A stretch of DNA of 64,000 bases from the NCBI GenBank assembly GCA_965208125.1, contig OZ242320.1, forward strand, positions 2,112,001 through 2,176,000, written 5' to 3'. Origin of the DNA: Candidatus Latescibacterota bacterium. Lineage in GTDB: Bacteria > Latescibacterota > UBA2968. The notes below the pieces were generated by a model. That model worked only from the letters and a program-made list of their open reading frames with translations. It did no database searches and had not been told where the DNA came from. The stretch's first letter is position 1. The number at the start of each line of letters is the position of its first letter. The translations under genes were made by a program, and so were the position numbers. This document shows, in pieces, positions 29,323-39,146 of the stretch.

Positions 29323-30264
29323 TCAGAAGGAACCGCCGATATTTATCCGATAGGTGGGATCCAATAACTCGCCCATGTCACTATATGCAAAATCTACGGT
29401 GAAGGGGCGCTCATTGACCGAGTATTTGAGGCCAAAACCAAGGGCAAAACTCTCGGTGTCGTTATTGAATTTCCAGCCACCGCGCAGTGCGAGAATATTG
29501 TGCAACCAGAGTTCGGCACCCGTGTGAATGCGGCCTTCAAAATCGACAAAGAAGGCATTTTCCGCAGATAGGGTAAGCGAAACTGGATCGCCCAGATTGC
29601 CATAGAGTTCCATTGAAGCCGCGATGCTGTAGATGAGGGGGCGGAAGGCCGTATCGTCGATGATGACGATATCCTGTCCGAAATTCTTCAGCGTCATGGC
29701 CAAACGCAAAGATCGGAACCCGGTGTAAAAGAGCGTGCCTATGGAGATATCCAGACCGCTGTTGACATCGGTATAGAGCGTCTCTCGAATATACCGGCCC
29801 TGGGCGCCAAATGACAATCGGTCGGTGAATTTGATGGCATAAGTCAAGCCAACGGCAAAGTCGCTGTCTTTAATGATAGTGCCCGTGCCATTGGGCTGGA
29901 AAATGGTGGTTTCTTCAAATTCATCGGGTGTGAAAGACAAGACCGTGATGCCTATGGTCTGCGTGCCCAGGTTGTAGGCAAAAGCACCCGAATAAAATTT
30001 GGAATTGACCATCCACTTGTTGTATCCCAGGCTAAAAGCGGCGCGGTCGATTTGCGTGATGCCCGCTGGATTCCAGAACATGGCATCGATACCTGTGCCC
30101 ACTGCGGTGTACGCATCGCCCATGGCAACTGCGCGCGCGCTTTGGGAGACTTTGAGGAAGGTGAATCCGGCATTGCCGAGTTTTTTGAGCCCGGCCTCTG
30201 CGCCTGTTGCCGATAGGGCAAAGGCAGTGAAGACCAGGACGAGTGTTGTTTGTAAGCGTTTCAC
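29323..30264 (-). CDS. PorV/PorQ family outer-membrane barrel
   Basis: FLKVSQSARAVAMGDAY, FWNPAG, terminal Phe. Confidence 0.88.
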   Translation of the reverse strand: MKRLQTTLVLVFTAFALSATGAEAGLKKLGNAGFTFLKVSQSARAVAMGDAYTAVGTGIDAMFWNPAGITQIDRAAFSLGYNKWMVNSKFYSGAFAYNLGTQTIGITVLSFTPDEFEETTIFQPNGTGTIIKDSDFAVGLTYAIKFTDRLSFGAQGRYIRETLYTDVNSGLDISIGTLFYTGFRSLRLAMTLKNFGQDIVIIDDTAFRPLIYSIAASMELYGNLGDPVSLTLSAENAFFVDFEGRIHTGAELWLHNILALRGGWKFNNDTESFALGFGLKYSVNERPFTVDFAYSDMGELLDPTYRINIGGSF

Positions 30265-30280
30265 GTGTTCCTCCTTTGCG

Positions 30281-32590
30281 CTATTTGATGATCATAAACA
30301 TCCCGGTCTGCTTTTTGCCCGTTTCGCCAGCAACCAGAGATTCTACCACGTAGTAGTAGCGTCCGGCGGCGACGCGCCCGGAAAATGTACGCGTGCGCTG
30401 ATCCCAGGTGGCTTCGCCCCTGTCGGGGTCGGTGGTGCGCTGTGGGTGGTTGATGACGGCGATCAAGTCTCCGGAGATTGAAAAGATGGAGATTTTTGCC
30501 TTTCGGGGTATGTTGACAAAGCGAATATTGTTGCTGGCAGGTGGATACCGGTGATCGGCATCTCCAGGATCGTCCCTAAAGGGATTGGGGACTACGCGCA
30601 CCTGTTCGGATAGTGCATCTTTTTCAGGGGTTGCAATCACTATGGGGCTTCTGGAGACATTCATGCGCTGTTCGGGTGCACTGTGCCCGGATTCCAGGGA
30701 TGGAATGGCTCGGCCTGTGCCGTTCCAGTCGCTGTGTCCGGAATCGTATGTGCGCACCGAATACCAGTATCTGAAACCGGGCACTGACTCTACGTCTCGA
30801 TAGGTGTAGGTTCCTCCGTCGGCGTAGGAAATCGTGGGAGAAGTCCAGGGCGTGCCGGGGTCATACTCCGTATTGGTCGGGGTAGTTCCTTTGGGGATAT
30901 CAGCCACAAGTTCCCAGGGTCCCAGATGGTTGTTCTGGGTGCGATAGACCCGGTAGCCTTGCACATCCAGAGCTTCGGTGCCCGTGTAATCTGGATCGGG
31001 GGACTTTTCAGCCCGGTCAGACCATGTGATGGCGTTGTTCCCGTTTTCGTCGCTATCTACAAATACGGCAACATCGGGAGGCGCGTCGGGCAGATCGTAA
31101 TTGTTGTCGTAGGCAAACTGGGCGCGTTCCAGATGCTGTGCCATCGCGCGTTCGCCGTCGGCGACCTGACTCTGGTTGCCCTGGCGCGCCCATTCGTAAA
31201 CATCCATCGGACTGCCGCCGGGGCCAGCAAATTCGGCACCCGATCCGGCGACCCAGGCGATCACGACTTTGGCTTTTTCACCGGGGGCCAGATCATAAGG
31301 TCCATAAGTGTGTGCGAAGGTTACGCGGCTGACTTTGGAGGGATTATCCTGGACGGCCGGAACTCTACCCAAACCAATAAATTCATTGTAGAGATTCTCG
31401 TCGCTATTCAAGTTGGTAATATCTGGCGTGTCCCAATCGAAGCGCCCGTAGATCTCCCACCAGTTGACGAAGGCGGGCTGATCCATTGTTTTGGGGGCCA
31501 CGTAGGTCTCGTTGTCGTTGGTGAACCCGTCGGTGGGATCGTAATCCAGAGGTGCCAGGCCGATGTACTGGAAAGCCATAAGTTCGCCGTGGTTGAGCTG
31601 GCCCCGGTTAATATAGGCTGCCTGGGCGTTGTTCTTATCGAAAGGCTGGCCCGTATCATCTCCGGCAGAAGAGAGCAGATCGCTGTCATAGACGTATGAG
31701 ATTTTCTTGCCACGGAGATCGGCCAGGCCATCGAAGTTGGAGGCTTCGCTGTATTTGTACCAGTCGTCCAGGATGATCGGGTCAGAATACGCCCACGGTA
31801 CGGTCTGGTTTTGCCAGCGGTGTCCGGCCCACGATGGGGCAAGGTTGTTCACAAAGGCGAAATAGACATCCTTGTGATCAACAGGTAGGCCTGCATCGGG
31901 TATGCCATCTCCGTTGTTATCTCCGGTGTTTTCGATGATGACTTCGAGAATGATAAAGTCGTCGTAGTCCGGATAGCTCCACGCTCTGGCTTTGCGGGTA
32001 ATGGTGAGGCCGCGTTCTGTCGTCCATTTGGAGATGACGATTTCTTCGGCCTCGTTGTCGTTGGGTATGTAGCGTCCGTAATCGTAGTTGTGGATTTCGA
32101 TGGGTTCGTCGGCCACCAGTGCAGGTGCTCCGGGCCAGTAATTGGCCGTGGTATTGCCCGTGAGGGGCGACCGGGTTTCAATGCCCAAATCGCGCTCTGG
32201 TCCCGAAGCGGCATCGTAGATCATTTCAAAGATGTCGTCGGTATTGTAGCGCGGGTTGGAGGTCGATACATTGTATGACCCTCCTTCTTTGGTAAAAACC
32301 CAAAAACCCTCGCCCTGGCTGGTGTGATAGCGGTGGTCGTTGTCCTGTCCTATGATCCAGTATTCCCTGAAGTCGCGTTCGCCAATGCCCCAGCCGGGAT
32401 ACATCAAGCCAGCATCTGCGCCCAGGCGGCTGTCGTCGCGCAGGCCCTGGGTGCCGGTATTGCGAAAGGTGGCCCAGAGCTTGCCCCGGGTCAGGTGGCG
32501 TTGAAGTTCGGGTTGCTGGGCACAGATTTCGGATGCAAATACCAGCACACATAGAACCCCAATCCATCCGATGTGTTTTAATGGATACAT
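30281..32590 (-). CDS. Large exported protein with an FN3-like module and a T9SS type A CTD-like C-terminus
   Basis: Signal peptide; GYRVYR..Y.YSVRTYD; VRVVPNPF..IRFVNIP..ISIFSISGDL..WD..GRYYYVV..MIIK. Confidence 0.8.
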   Translation of the reverse strand: MYPLKHIGWIGVLCVLVFASEICAQQPELQRHLTRGKLWATFRNTGTQGLRDDSRLGADAGLMYPGWGIGERDFREYWIIGQDNDHRYHTSQGEGFWVFTKEGGSYNVSTSNPRYNTDDIFEMIYDAASGPERDLGIETRSPLTGNTTANYWPGAPALVADEPIEIHNYDYGRYIPNDNEAEEIVISKWTTERGLTITRKARAWSYPDYDDFIILEVIIENTGDNNGDGIPDAGLPVDHKDVYFAFVNNLAPSWAGHRWQNQTVPWAYSDPIILDDWYKYSEASNFDGLADLRGKKISYVYDSDLLSSAGDDTGQPFDKNNAQAAYINRGQLNHGELMAFQYIGLAPLDYDPTDGFTNDNETYVAPKTMDQPAFVNWWEIYGRFDWDTPDITNLNSDENLYNEFIGLGRVPAVQDNPSKVSRVTFAHTYGPYDLAPGEKAKVVIAWVAGSGAEFAGPGGSPMDVYEWARQGNQSQVADGERAMAQHLERAQFAYDNNYDLPDAPPDVAVFVDSDENGNNAITWSDRAEKSPDPDYTGTEALDVQGYRVYRTQNNHLGPWELVADIPKGTTPTNTEYDPGTPWTSPTISYADGGTYTYRDVESVPGFRYWYSVRTYDSGHSDWNGTGRAIPSLESGHSAPEQRMNVSRSPIVIATPEKDALSEQVRVVPNPFRDDPGDADHRYPPASNNIRFVNIPRKAKISIFSISGDLIAVINHPQRTTDPDRGEATWDQRTRTFSGRVAAGRYYYVVESLVAGETGKKQTGMFMIIK

Positions 32591-32614
32591 GTTATTGCTC
32601 CTCAGATAATGAAA

Positions 32615-35600
32615 TTAAAATCCGAGCTGGAGACCTATGCTGATCTCTCGGGGGCGACCAGCCCAGCGGTGGTATTCTTTGGTATCGCCGAAGTTGATAT
32701 AATTCTTGTCCGTGGGTTTGGGCATGTCCATGCCGTAGAGATACCAGAGTTCGGCCTGTGGCCCCTGTCTGTGTCGATCAAACCAGGGGCCGCGCCAGAA
32801 ATATTCGGTGGCCGGGTCGCGCTGGTTGAAGAAGTTGTACACGTTCATAAACAGGGTGGCTTCGGTTCGACCTGTGCGGAAGCGTTTTTCCAAAGACAGG
32901 TTGGTCTTGGTTTCCATAGGTCCAAATCGCTCGACATTGCCCTGGGTGGGATGCGGAATGTTGATTCGGCGTCCCGTTTTCAGGGTGTTGATTACATTGA
33001 GTCTGAAGCCGCCGAGGGCTGGACCGTAATGCATTGGCGTTTCATACGTAAATGCGATTTTCATGGTGCCGCGCCGGTCGCCAAAACCAGCGGTTTCTGC
33101 GGCACCACCGCGCCCCGCACTTCGATCAGAAGTGGTGTTGCGAGTGAAGTAAAAGACACCCGGAAGATTTTCCACTTCTTGAATTTCGCTGTCGGTCAGC
33201 GGATTCCAGTCGGGATTGGTGCCTTCTCGAATGGTCTGGATATAGCGGTCTGCTTCGGCACCGATGTCCTGAATTTGCTGCGGTGTGAGCGGTACTTTTG
33301 CTTCTGAGCCGTCGTCGCTGGCATTGACTACGCCGTCGCCGTTGGTGTCCTTGGTGTGCTGGATGAAATAGAGATCGGACGCGATAAATTGCGCGTTGGG
33401 GAAGTAAATAATCCGGTTGATTCCCGCATTGCCTCCCGACTGCCACTGGTGGTTGTAGGCCACCTGGAAGGAGAAGTTCTGGCTGAAGTCTTTTCGCAGA
33501 CTCATTTCAAATCCCCGATTGTCTGTAAAAACATAACCCAGCGGTGTGTTGCGTCCCACCTGGCTTTTGCGACTGGGATCTCTCCACAGGGCATTGCCGA
33601 ATCGAACCTGACCATCTACGCTTTGCTGATAAGTCGTAAAGCTCAGAACATAGTCCTGATAGAAGTTCCAGTCTGTGCCTACCTCGAAATTGGTGGAGCG
33701 TTTGTAGTCGAGATGAGGATTGCCTGTGGTAGCTCGCTGGTTGTTTTTGTTCAGCCATTCGGTATCGTCGATTTGGCCATTGTTGTTGAAGTCTTCGGGG
33801 GGCGCAACGCCGCGCCATTCGTATGAATAGAGGTGCCAGAACCCGGGCATCTGGTGAAAGATGCCGTAGGAAAATCGAATGATGGCATTGGCCGTAATGG
33901 GGTGTGAAACGCCCAGGCGAGGACTCCAGGCCGATTTGGTCGATACGGAGGTGCGCGGCATAAATTTGCGTTGCCGGGACCACGAGTTGGTCATGGGTGC
34001 TCCGCCCCAGGCATTATTGGCAAGTGGGGAGTAAAAATCGCCATTGTGGTCGTGTCTGTCGTAGCGGATACCCAGGTTGACGATGATGCCTTCGAATTCC
34101 ATTTTGTCCTGGAGGTAGAATGCGGACTGTATGGGATGAATGGGTTGGCCCATTTCGTAGGGCACGCCCGCGAGTTGATACCGCGATTTGCCCGCTTGCG
34201 GCCAGTTGATCTGGTTCCACCAGTAGGTGTGTCGCGTCAAATCGATACCCGTTTTGATAAAGTGGTTCTTGTTGATCTGACTGGAATAATCGAGTTTGAA
34301 GTTGAGGCGGGCGCGATGGTCGTTGATCCAGATGGAGACCCGTCTGGGGCCAATGGTGAATACCCCGTCCTGATCTTTTCTCAGCGGTTCCGTAATGCCG
34401 CCGCCAAATTGGCTGGTGACACCCGGCACATTGGTCGTGTCTGTGGCGTCGCGGTAATAGGATAGGCGGGCTTCGTAAAAGGTTTTGTTGCTCAGGGTAT
34501 GCGTGAGGGATATGTATGCCAGGTCGTGTTTGACGTTGGCGATGCCTGCACCGGCTTCACCTGCGGGAAGAAAGATGTCGATACCCTGAAGTTCTCGACC
34601 AACGGTGCGTTTGACGCCCTGTACCCAGCTTTCGCCCTCGCCGACCTGATAGGCTTCGTGGCGCGCATAGACCCCGCCGACTTTAACTTTTACGTTGGAT
34701 TGCACATCCCAGGCCAGTTTGTAGGTGCCTTTGATGTTGTAGGGCGATTCGATCCAGCGGGCGGTTTGTGGAGATGTTGAGACGGCCTGATGGAAGATGC
34801 CGCGTTTGGTGGGAGAGGGAAAATGCGAGGCTTGTCCTTCGTGCTGTGCGGTGAGAAAAAAGGAGGCATTTCCCGGCAGTGGACCCGAGAGTGACCCATC
34901 GACTTCATAACCATGAATGCCCGTGTAGTCAGTGCGCTCGTGCGCCAGGCGGGTGATGTCGTCTCCTGTTCCCATCTGGCGGTCTGGACCGGGATCTGTG
35001 TATGTTTCATTTTCCCATGTCGCATCGCCCCATTTCATTCTGCCTTTGTGAATGGGGCTGTCATAGACATTGCCGCCCCAGTGTTTTTTGCCCGGTGGAA
35101 TATAGGTGAGGCGGCCTTTGCCGTGAAAGTCTTTGCCGCCTTCGCGGGTGATGATGTGAATGGCGCCAGATGTGGCATTGCCGTATTCGGCTTCCATCCC
35201 GCCGGTGATGACGGTAATTTCTTGCACGGCGTCGCTGTTGACCCCGACAAATTGAACATCGCCCCGGGCAGTGCCCGCATCCATTACAACGCCATCCAAA
35301 TAGACGAGTGTTTCCGTGGTACCGCGGTTGCCCTGGTAGCTGCCGCGAATGGCGGGTTCGTTATTGTCGAGAGAGACGCCGGCCTGAAGGCTCATGAGTT
35401 CTGAGGTGTTTGCCGCTGTAGATAGCCGATCAATCGCATCACTGCCCATGATGTATTTACTCGTGGTTTTATCTCTTTCTACGGGCGGGCGTTCGGCCAC
35501 GACCGTGAGTTCGGCCAATTCGACAGTGGTTTCTTTGAGTTGAAAGTTCAGTGGCGTGGTGAAATCCGTTTTGACCGATACATCGCTCTGGGTTTGATTG

Positions 35601-35836
35601 GTATATCCGATGAGCGAAGCTGTGAGCGCGTATCGCCCCGGTAGAATATTGATGATAAAATAGCTGCCATCGGCATCTGCCACAGCGCCGAGTCGCGTGC
35701 CTTCTACGATCACATTGGCGCCGGGAAGCGGATTGCCCTGATCGTCTTTGATGACACCGGCGATTTTGCCCGTGGTGCCCGCATAGAGATGAGAGGCAAA
35801 ACACAAAAGTACGCATATCATAGCTATTTGTTTCAT
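32615..35836 (-). CDS. TonB-dependent receptor with a CarboxypepD_reg-like N-domain
   Basis: GTTGKIAG..LPGANV, TGGMEAEYGNA, SPRLGVSHPI, PREISIGLQLGF. Confidence 0.93.
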   Translation of the reverse strand: MKQIAMICVLLCFASHLYAGTTGKIAGVIKDDQGNPLPGANVIVEGTRLGAVADADGSYFIINILPGRYALTASLIGYTNQTQSDVSVKTDFTTPLNFQLKETTVELAELTVVAERPPVERDKTTSKYIMGSDAIDRLSTAANTSELMSLQAGVSLDNNEPAIRGSYQGNRGTTETLVYLDGVVMDAGTARGDVQFVGVNSDAVQEITVITGGMEAEYGNATSGAIHIITREGGKDFHGKGRLTYIPPGKKHWGGNVYDSPIHKGRMKWGDATWENETYTDPGPDRQMGTGDDITRLAHERTDYTGIHGYEVDGSLSGPLPGNASFFLTAQHEGQASHFPSPTKRGIFHQAVSTSPQTARWIESPYNIKGTYKLAWDVQSNVKVKVGGVYARHEAYQVGEGESWVQGVKRTVGRELQGIDIFLPAGEAGAGIANVKHDLAYISLTHTLSNKTFYEARLSYYRDATDTTNVPGVTSQFGGGITEPLRKDQDGVFTIGPRRVSIWINDHRARLNFKLDYSSQINKNHFIKTGIDLTRHTYWWNQINWPQAGKSRYQLAGVPYEMGQPIHPIQSAFYLQDKMEFEGIIVNLGIRYDRHDHNGDFYSPLANNAWGGAPMTNSWSRQRKFMPRTSVSTKSAWSPRLGVSHPITANAIIRFSYGIFHQMPGFWHLYSYEWRGVAPPEDFNNNGQIDDTEWLNKNNQRATTGNPHLDYKRSTNFEVGTDWNFYQDYVLSFTTYQQSVDGQVRFGNALWRDPSRKSQVGRNTPLGYVFTDNRGFEMSLRKDFSQNFSFQVAYNHQWQSGGNAGINRIIYFPNAQFIASDLYFIQHTKDTNGDGVVNASDDGSEAKVPLTPQQIQDIGAEADRYIQTIREGTNPDWNPLTDSEIQEVENLPGVFYFTRNTTSDRSAGRGGAAETAGFGDRRGTMKIAFTYETPMHYGPALGGFRLNVINTLKTGRRINIPHPTQGNVERFGPMETKTNLSLEKRFRTGRTEATLFMNVYNFFNQRDPATEYFWRGPWFDRHRQGPQAELWYLYGMDMPKPTDKNYINFGDTKEYHRWAGRPREISIGLQLGF

Positions 35837-35851
35837 TTGCGGCTCTCCTTT

Positions 35852-36553
35852 TTAATTTAAGTTGAATTTGATACCGGCACCGATATCAATGAGGTTAAAG
35901 GGGTATGTTTTTTCTATACCCCATACGAGGAAGGGACGCAATTCTCCCATTACGATATTGTAGCGCGCGCGCACATCTAACGCGGCTTTGTCTCCCAGGC
36001 CGATTTGAACCCCGCCGCCAAAGCTGGCACTGAAAGCTGTGCGTGTGTCATTAACGGGTTCCAGGAGGATGTTTGGATCGGGAGGCGCACCGGCACCCGA
36101 AGGCGTCTGACCGGCAAAGATCAGACCGCTGACTTTGCTGGCGTAATCGTGCAGGCCCGCGCCAAATGTGAGATAGAGCGTTGTGCCCTGGCCGAATCCT
36201 TTTTCTTGCATTGCAAATAGCCAGTTGGCGTGGATGCTGTTGATGGTCATGTTGGCTTCGGCCTGCGGGCTGGTGTATTCTTTGCCGTCGCTGAAGCTGA
36301 AGGTGCGCGTTTCAAGGCTGCCGTCGTTGAAGCGGGCATGGTGAAATTCCACCTCGACCATCTTGCGCTTGTGATAGATATAATGCGCCGTACCCCCAAA
36401 CTTGGTGCCGCTGTCGTACATGTCTTTGAAGTTGAATAGAGGAATGTAGAAGTCAAAAAAGCCGCCAGCGCCGAAAGCACCTTCTCGTGCGGTTGCCTGC
36501 GCATTTGGCAACAGGGCCGCAACGCATAAAATCAAGAGTAATTTTTTCAACAA
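35852..36553 (-). CDS. Outer-membrane beta-barrel protein
   Basis: Signal peptide, alternating strands, C-terminal GAGIKFNLN. Confidence 0.75.
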   Translation of the reverse strand: MLKKLLLILCVAALLPNAQATAREGAFGAGGFFDFYIPLFNFKDMYDSGTKFGGTAHYIYHKRKMVEVEFHHARFNDGSLETRTFSFSDGKEYTSPQAEANMTINSIHANWLFAMQEKGFGQGTTLYLTFGAGLHDYASKVSGLIFAGQTPSGAGAPPDPNILLEPVNDTRTAFSASFGGGVQIGLGDKAALDVRARYNIVMGELRPFLVWGIEKTYPFNLIDIGAGIKFNLN

Positions 36554-36657
36554 AAACTCCTTTCTCGACGATGTATTGTTGTGTTAAAGAGATTTTTCAA
36601 ACGCAATAGCATCAATCCCTGTGACCTCCTTTTGCAAAATAACGAAGCGTTGTATTG

Positions 36658-37191
36658 TCAATTGGACAATGCTTCAAAGGACAGTGTATCGGCCACTGAT
36701 TTTATTACGGTGGCAATGCGGGCGATGTCTGCGATTTGTTGTGCGTCAATGCCCAGTTTGTTCAATTGCGATGCGTGTGCGTTGACGCAGATACCACACG
36801 CGTTTACCACACTTGCCGAAAGGCTCCACGCTTCGAACAATGCGCGATCGACACCGCCGTGAGTCAGCACGGCGTTCATTCGCAATTTGGGCGGCTGTTT
36901 CTTTATTTCGTTGTCCCGAATGAGGTCGGTGAATTTATACCATACATTGGTCATGCTCATCATGGCAGCGGCAGATTTCACGGCTTTTATGTGTTGTTCG
37001 TCCATGACGACCTGTGCGTCTTCGGTGATGTTCTGAATCACCTGTGCATTTTTTGACACCAGTGCCGCTGTGAGTGCCGATCCCCAGGCCATTGCCGGGT
37101 CGAGACGCGACGCAGATATTACCGATCCCAGATTCAACCGAATATCCCGCGCATAGTCGGGCATTGCCGATCGCAGATTATCTATACCCAT
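36658..37191 (-). CDS. ahpD: Alkylhydroperoxidase AhpD (CMD family)
   Basis: PDYARDIRLNL, FEAWSL, NACGICVNAH. Confidence 0.88.
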   Translation of the reverse strand: MGIDNLRSAMPDYARDIRLNLGSVISASRLDPAMAWGSALTAALVSKNAQVIQNITEDAQVVMDEQHIKAVKSAAAMMSMTNVWYKFTDLIRDNEIKKQPPKLRMNAVLTHGGVDRALFEAWSLSASVVNACGICVNAHASQLNKLGIDAQQIADIARIATVIKSVADTLSFEALSN

Positions 37192-37209
37192 AAAATCTCC
37201 TGTGTGAAG

Positions 37210-37249
37210 TACAAAGCGCAGAGAACGGCATTGCTCTCTGCGCTTTGTA
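37210..37249. terminator. Terminator-like hairpin, duplicated at 38715-38754
   Basis: TACAAAGCGCAGAGA...TCTCTGCGCTTTGTA. Confidence 0.75.
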
Positions 37250-37276
37250 ATATAACCAAATTCTGTGCAACGTTAG

Positions 37277-37636
37277 CTATTCTTCACCGCCGCCATCACC
37301 ACCATCACCAGACGCTAAGACGCGATTATATACCCTCTTTGCGAATACGGTTATGACGCCGGCATAAAGAGCGATAGTGATCGGATCGACGATGGCGTCC
37401 AGTTTCTCGCCTGCCGCTGGGATGTTGCTCAACACATCCGCACCTGCAGCAGCACCGACCGCAAGCGCAACGACCAGGAAGGATGTCGCGTCTTCAGCGT
37501 CGAGCGCCATCCCTCCGTACACCAGGCCCAGAATCACCAGCGCGATCGACACAATATTTTCAGGAATTGCGCCGGCCGCCAGGCCCTGAATAATGGCCAG
37601 AGCGACGATCAGGCCAACAATAATTCTGACTACCAT
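37277..37636 (-). CDS. Small 4-helix membrane protein, paralog C
   Basis: Shares LVILGL, AVGAAAGAD and LDAIVDPI..ALYAGVI with its neighbours. Confidence 0.85.
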   Translation of the reverse strand: MVVRIIVGLIVALAIIQGLAAGAIPENIVSIALVILGLVYGGMALDAEDATSFLVVALAVGAAAGADVLSNIPAAGEKLDAIVDPITIALYAGVITVFAKRVYNRVLASGDGGDGGGEE

Positions 37637-37736
37637 TTCATCCTCCCAGAATAAGTTAGTTGTGTTATGACGTAGACGTAAAGGGCTACACGGTGTATCA
37701 CGAAATTTCCAATCTCAGGTGAGCCACCAGTCATAT

Positions 37737-38063
37737 TTAACCCGTGAAGTGATTTATTATTCTCTGTACGAGTATGGTTATGACGCCGGCATACAAAGCG
37801 GTGCTGATTGGATCGACGATGGCGTCCAGGTGGGCACCAAGCTGTGGGATGCCGCTCAACGCATCCGCACCTGCAGCAGCGCCGACCGCAATCGCAACGA
37901 TCAGGTAGGCTGTTTCGTCATCAGCGCCGACCGCTACCACCGCGTAGGCCAGGCCCAGAATCACCAGCGCGAGGGACACAAGTCCCGCAGGGATCGCGTC
38001 GGGCGTTAGGCCCTGAATAATCGCCAGAGCGGCGATCAGGCTAACAATAATCCTGCTTGCCAT
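37737..38063 (-). CDS. Small 4-helix membrane protein, paralog B
   Basis: Same motifs; ATTCTGGGAGG RBS. Confidence 0.85.
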   Translation of the reverse strand: MASRIIVSLIAALAIIQGLTPDAIPAGLVSLALVILGLAYAVVAVGADDETAYLIVAIAVGAAAGADALSGIPQLGAHLDAIVDPISTALYAGVITILVQRIINHFTG

Positions 38064-38133
38064 ATTTCTTCCTCCCAGAATGGGTTAGTGTGTCACGACC
38101 TGTGGCTACAGGTCGCTGATCCGCCAGTCATCT

Positions 38134-38460
38134 TTAACTCTTGATGCGGTTTAATCCCCTCTCCACGAGTATGGCTATGACACCGGCATACAGGGCGGTG
38201 GCGATCGGATCGACGATGGCGTCCAGGCTCTCGCCTATCCCCGGGATGTTGCTCAGCACATCCGCACCTGCAGCTGCGCCGACTGCAATCGCAACGACCA
38301 GGTAGGCCGTCGAGTCCTCAGCATCGACCGCCACTATCGCGTAGAGTAGTCCCAGTATCACCAGCGCGAGTGGCACAAGTCCCCCAGGGATTGCGTCGGG
38401 CGCCAGGGCCTGCACAATCGCGAGGATGATGACCAGGACAATAATATTTCTGCTTGCCAT
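38134..38460 (-). CDS. Small 4-helix membrane protein, paralog A
   Basis: Same motifs; ATG 38460 follows ATTCTGGGAGG. Confidence 0.85.
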   Translation of the reverse strand: MASRNIIVLVIILAIVQALAPDAIPGGLVPLALVILGLLYAIVAVDAEDSTAYLVVAIAVGAAAGADVLSNIPGIGESLDAIVDPIATALYAGVIAILVERGLNRIKS

Positions 38461-38789
38461 TTCTACCTCCCAGAATGTGGTTGTGTCACGGTTTGCGCTA
38501 TCGCGCAGCCGCAACGGTTACCGACGGAATGCTACAAGATGCACCATCCCCGTCATGAAAAAGGTGAAAAACCTTTTTTTCTTTTCTTATTCTCAAATGT
38601 AGAATTTCTTATGTTATTGTGTTAAAAAATGTAAATAAAGAAGCAGTGTCAAGACAATTCCCCCTCGCTCAGTAAGAAAATTCGCTTATCTATCCATAAA
38701 ATTTCCCGTATAAATACAAAGCGCAGAGAACAATGCTGTTCTCTGCGCTTTATAAAGAATTGATTTTGTGTAGCGTTACATATTCTTCA

Positions 38790-38990
38790 CCATCACCATT
38801 GACAGACAAAAGACAATGTATTTAATAGGATTACCACTGCCTGTGCTTCCCGCTAAAAGCGCGCCAATGGCAACGGCCGGGTTGAGATGCCCTCCGCTGA
38901 TTGCACCTTACCATCACAATAATTGCAAACGTCTGGGCCAATGCCAGCCCAGCCCAGTCCGCTCGTCACGAGCGTCCAACAGTGATAAAC
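38790..38990 (-). pseudogene. Aquaporin (MIP family) remnant
   Basis: Minus-strand GAISGGHLNPAVAIGALLAG, preceded by an in-frame stop. Confidence 0.75.
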
Positions 38991-39146
38991 CCATAACATA
39001 ATTCATTTTTTTTTAAAATCAAGTTAAACTCATAGGGGTGATGAATGTTTTTACAGTGAGCCTATTCCAAAAATTGAAAGTCCTTGACATCGTCCATCTG
39101 TTGTGCGAATGTACGCACGACAGATAACTAACAACAGGCAATATTT

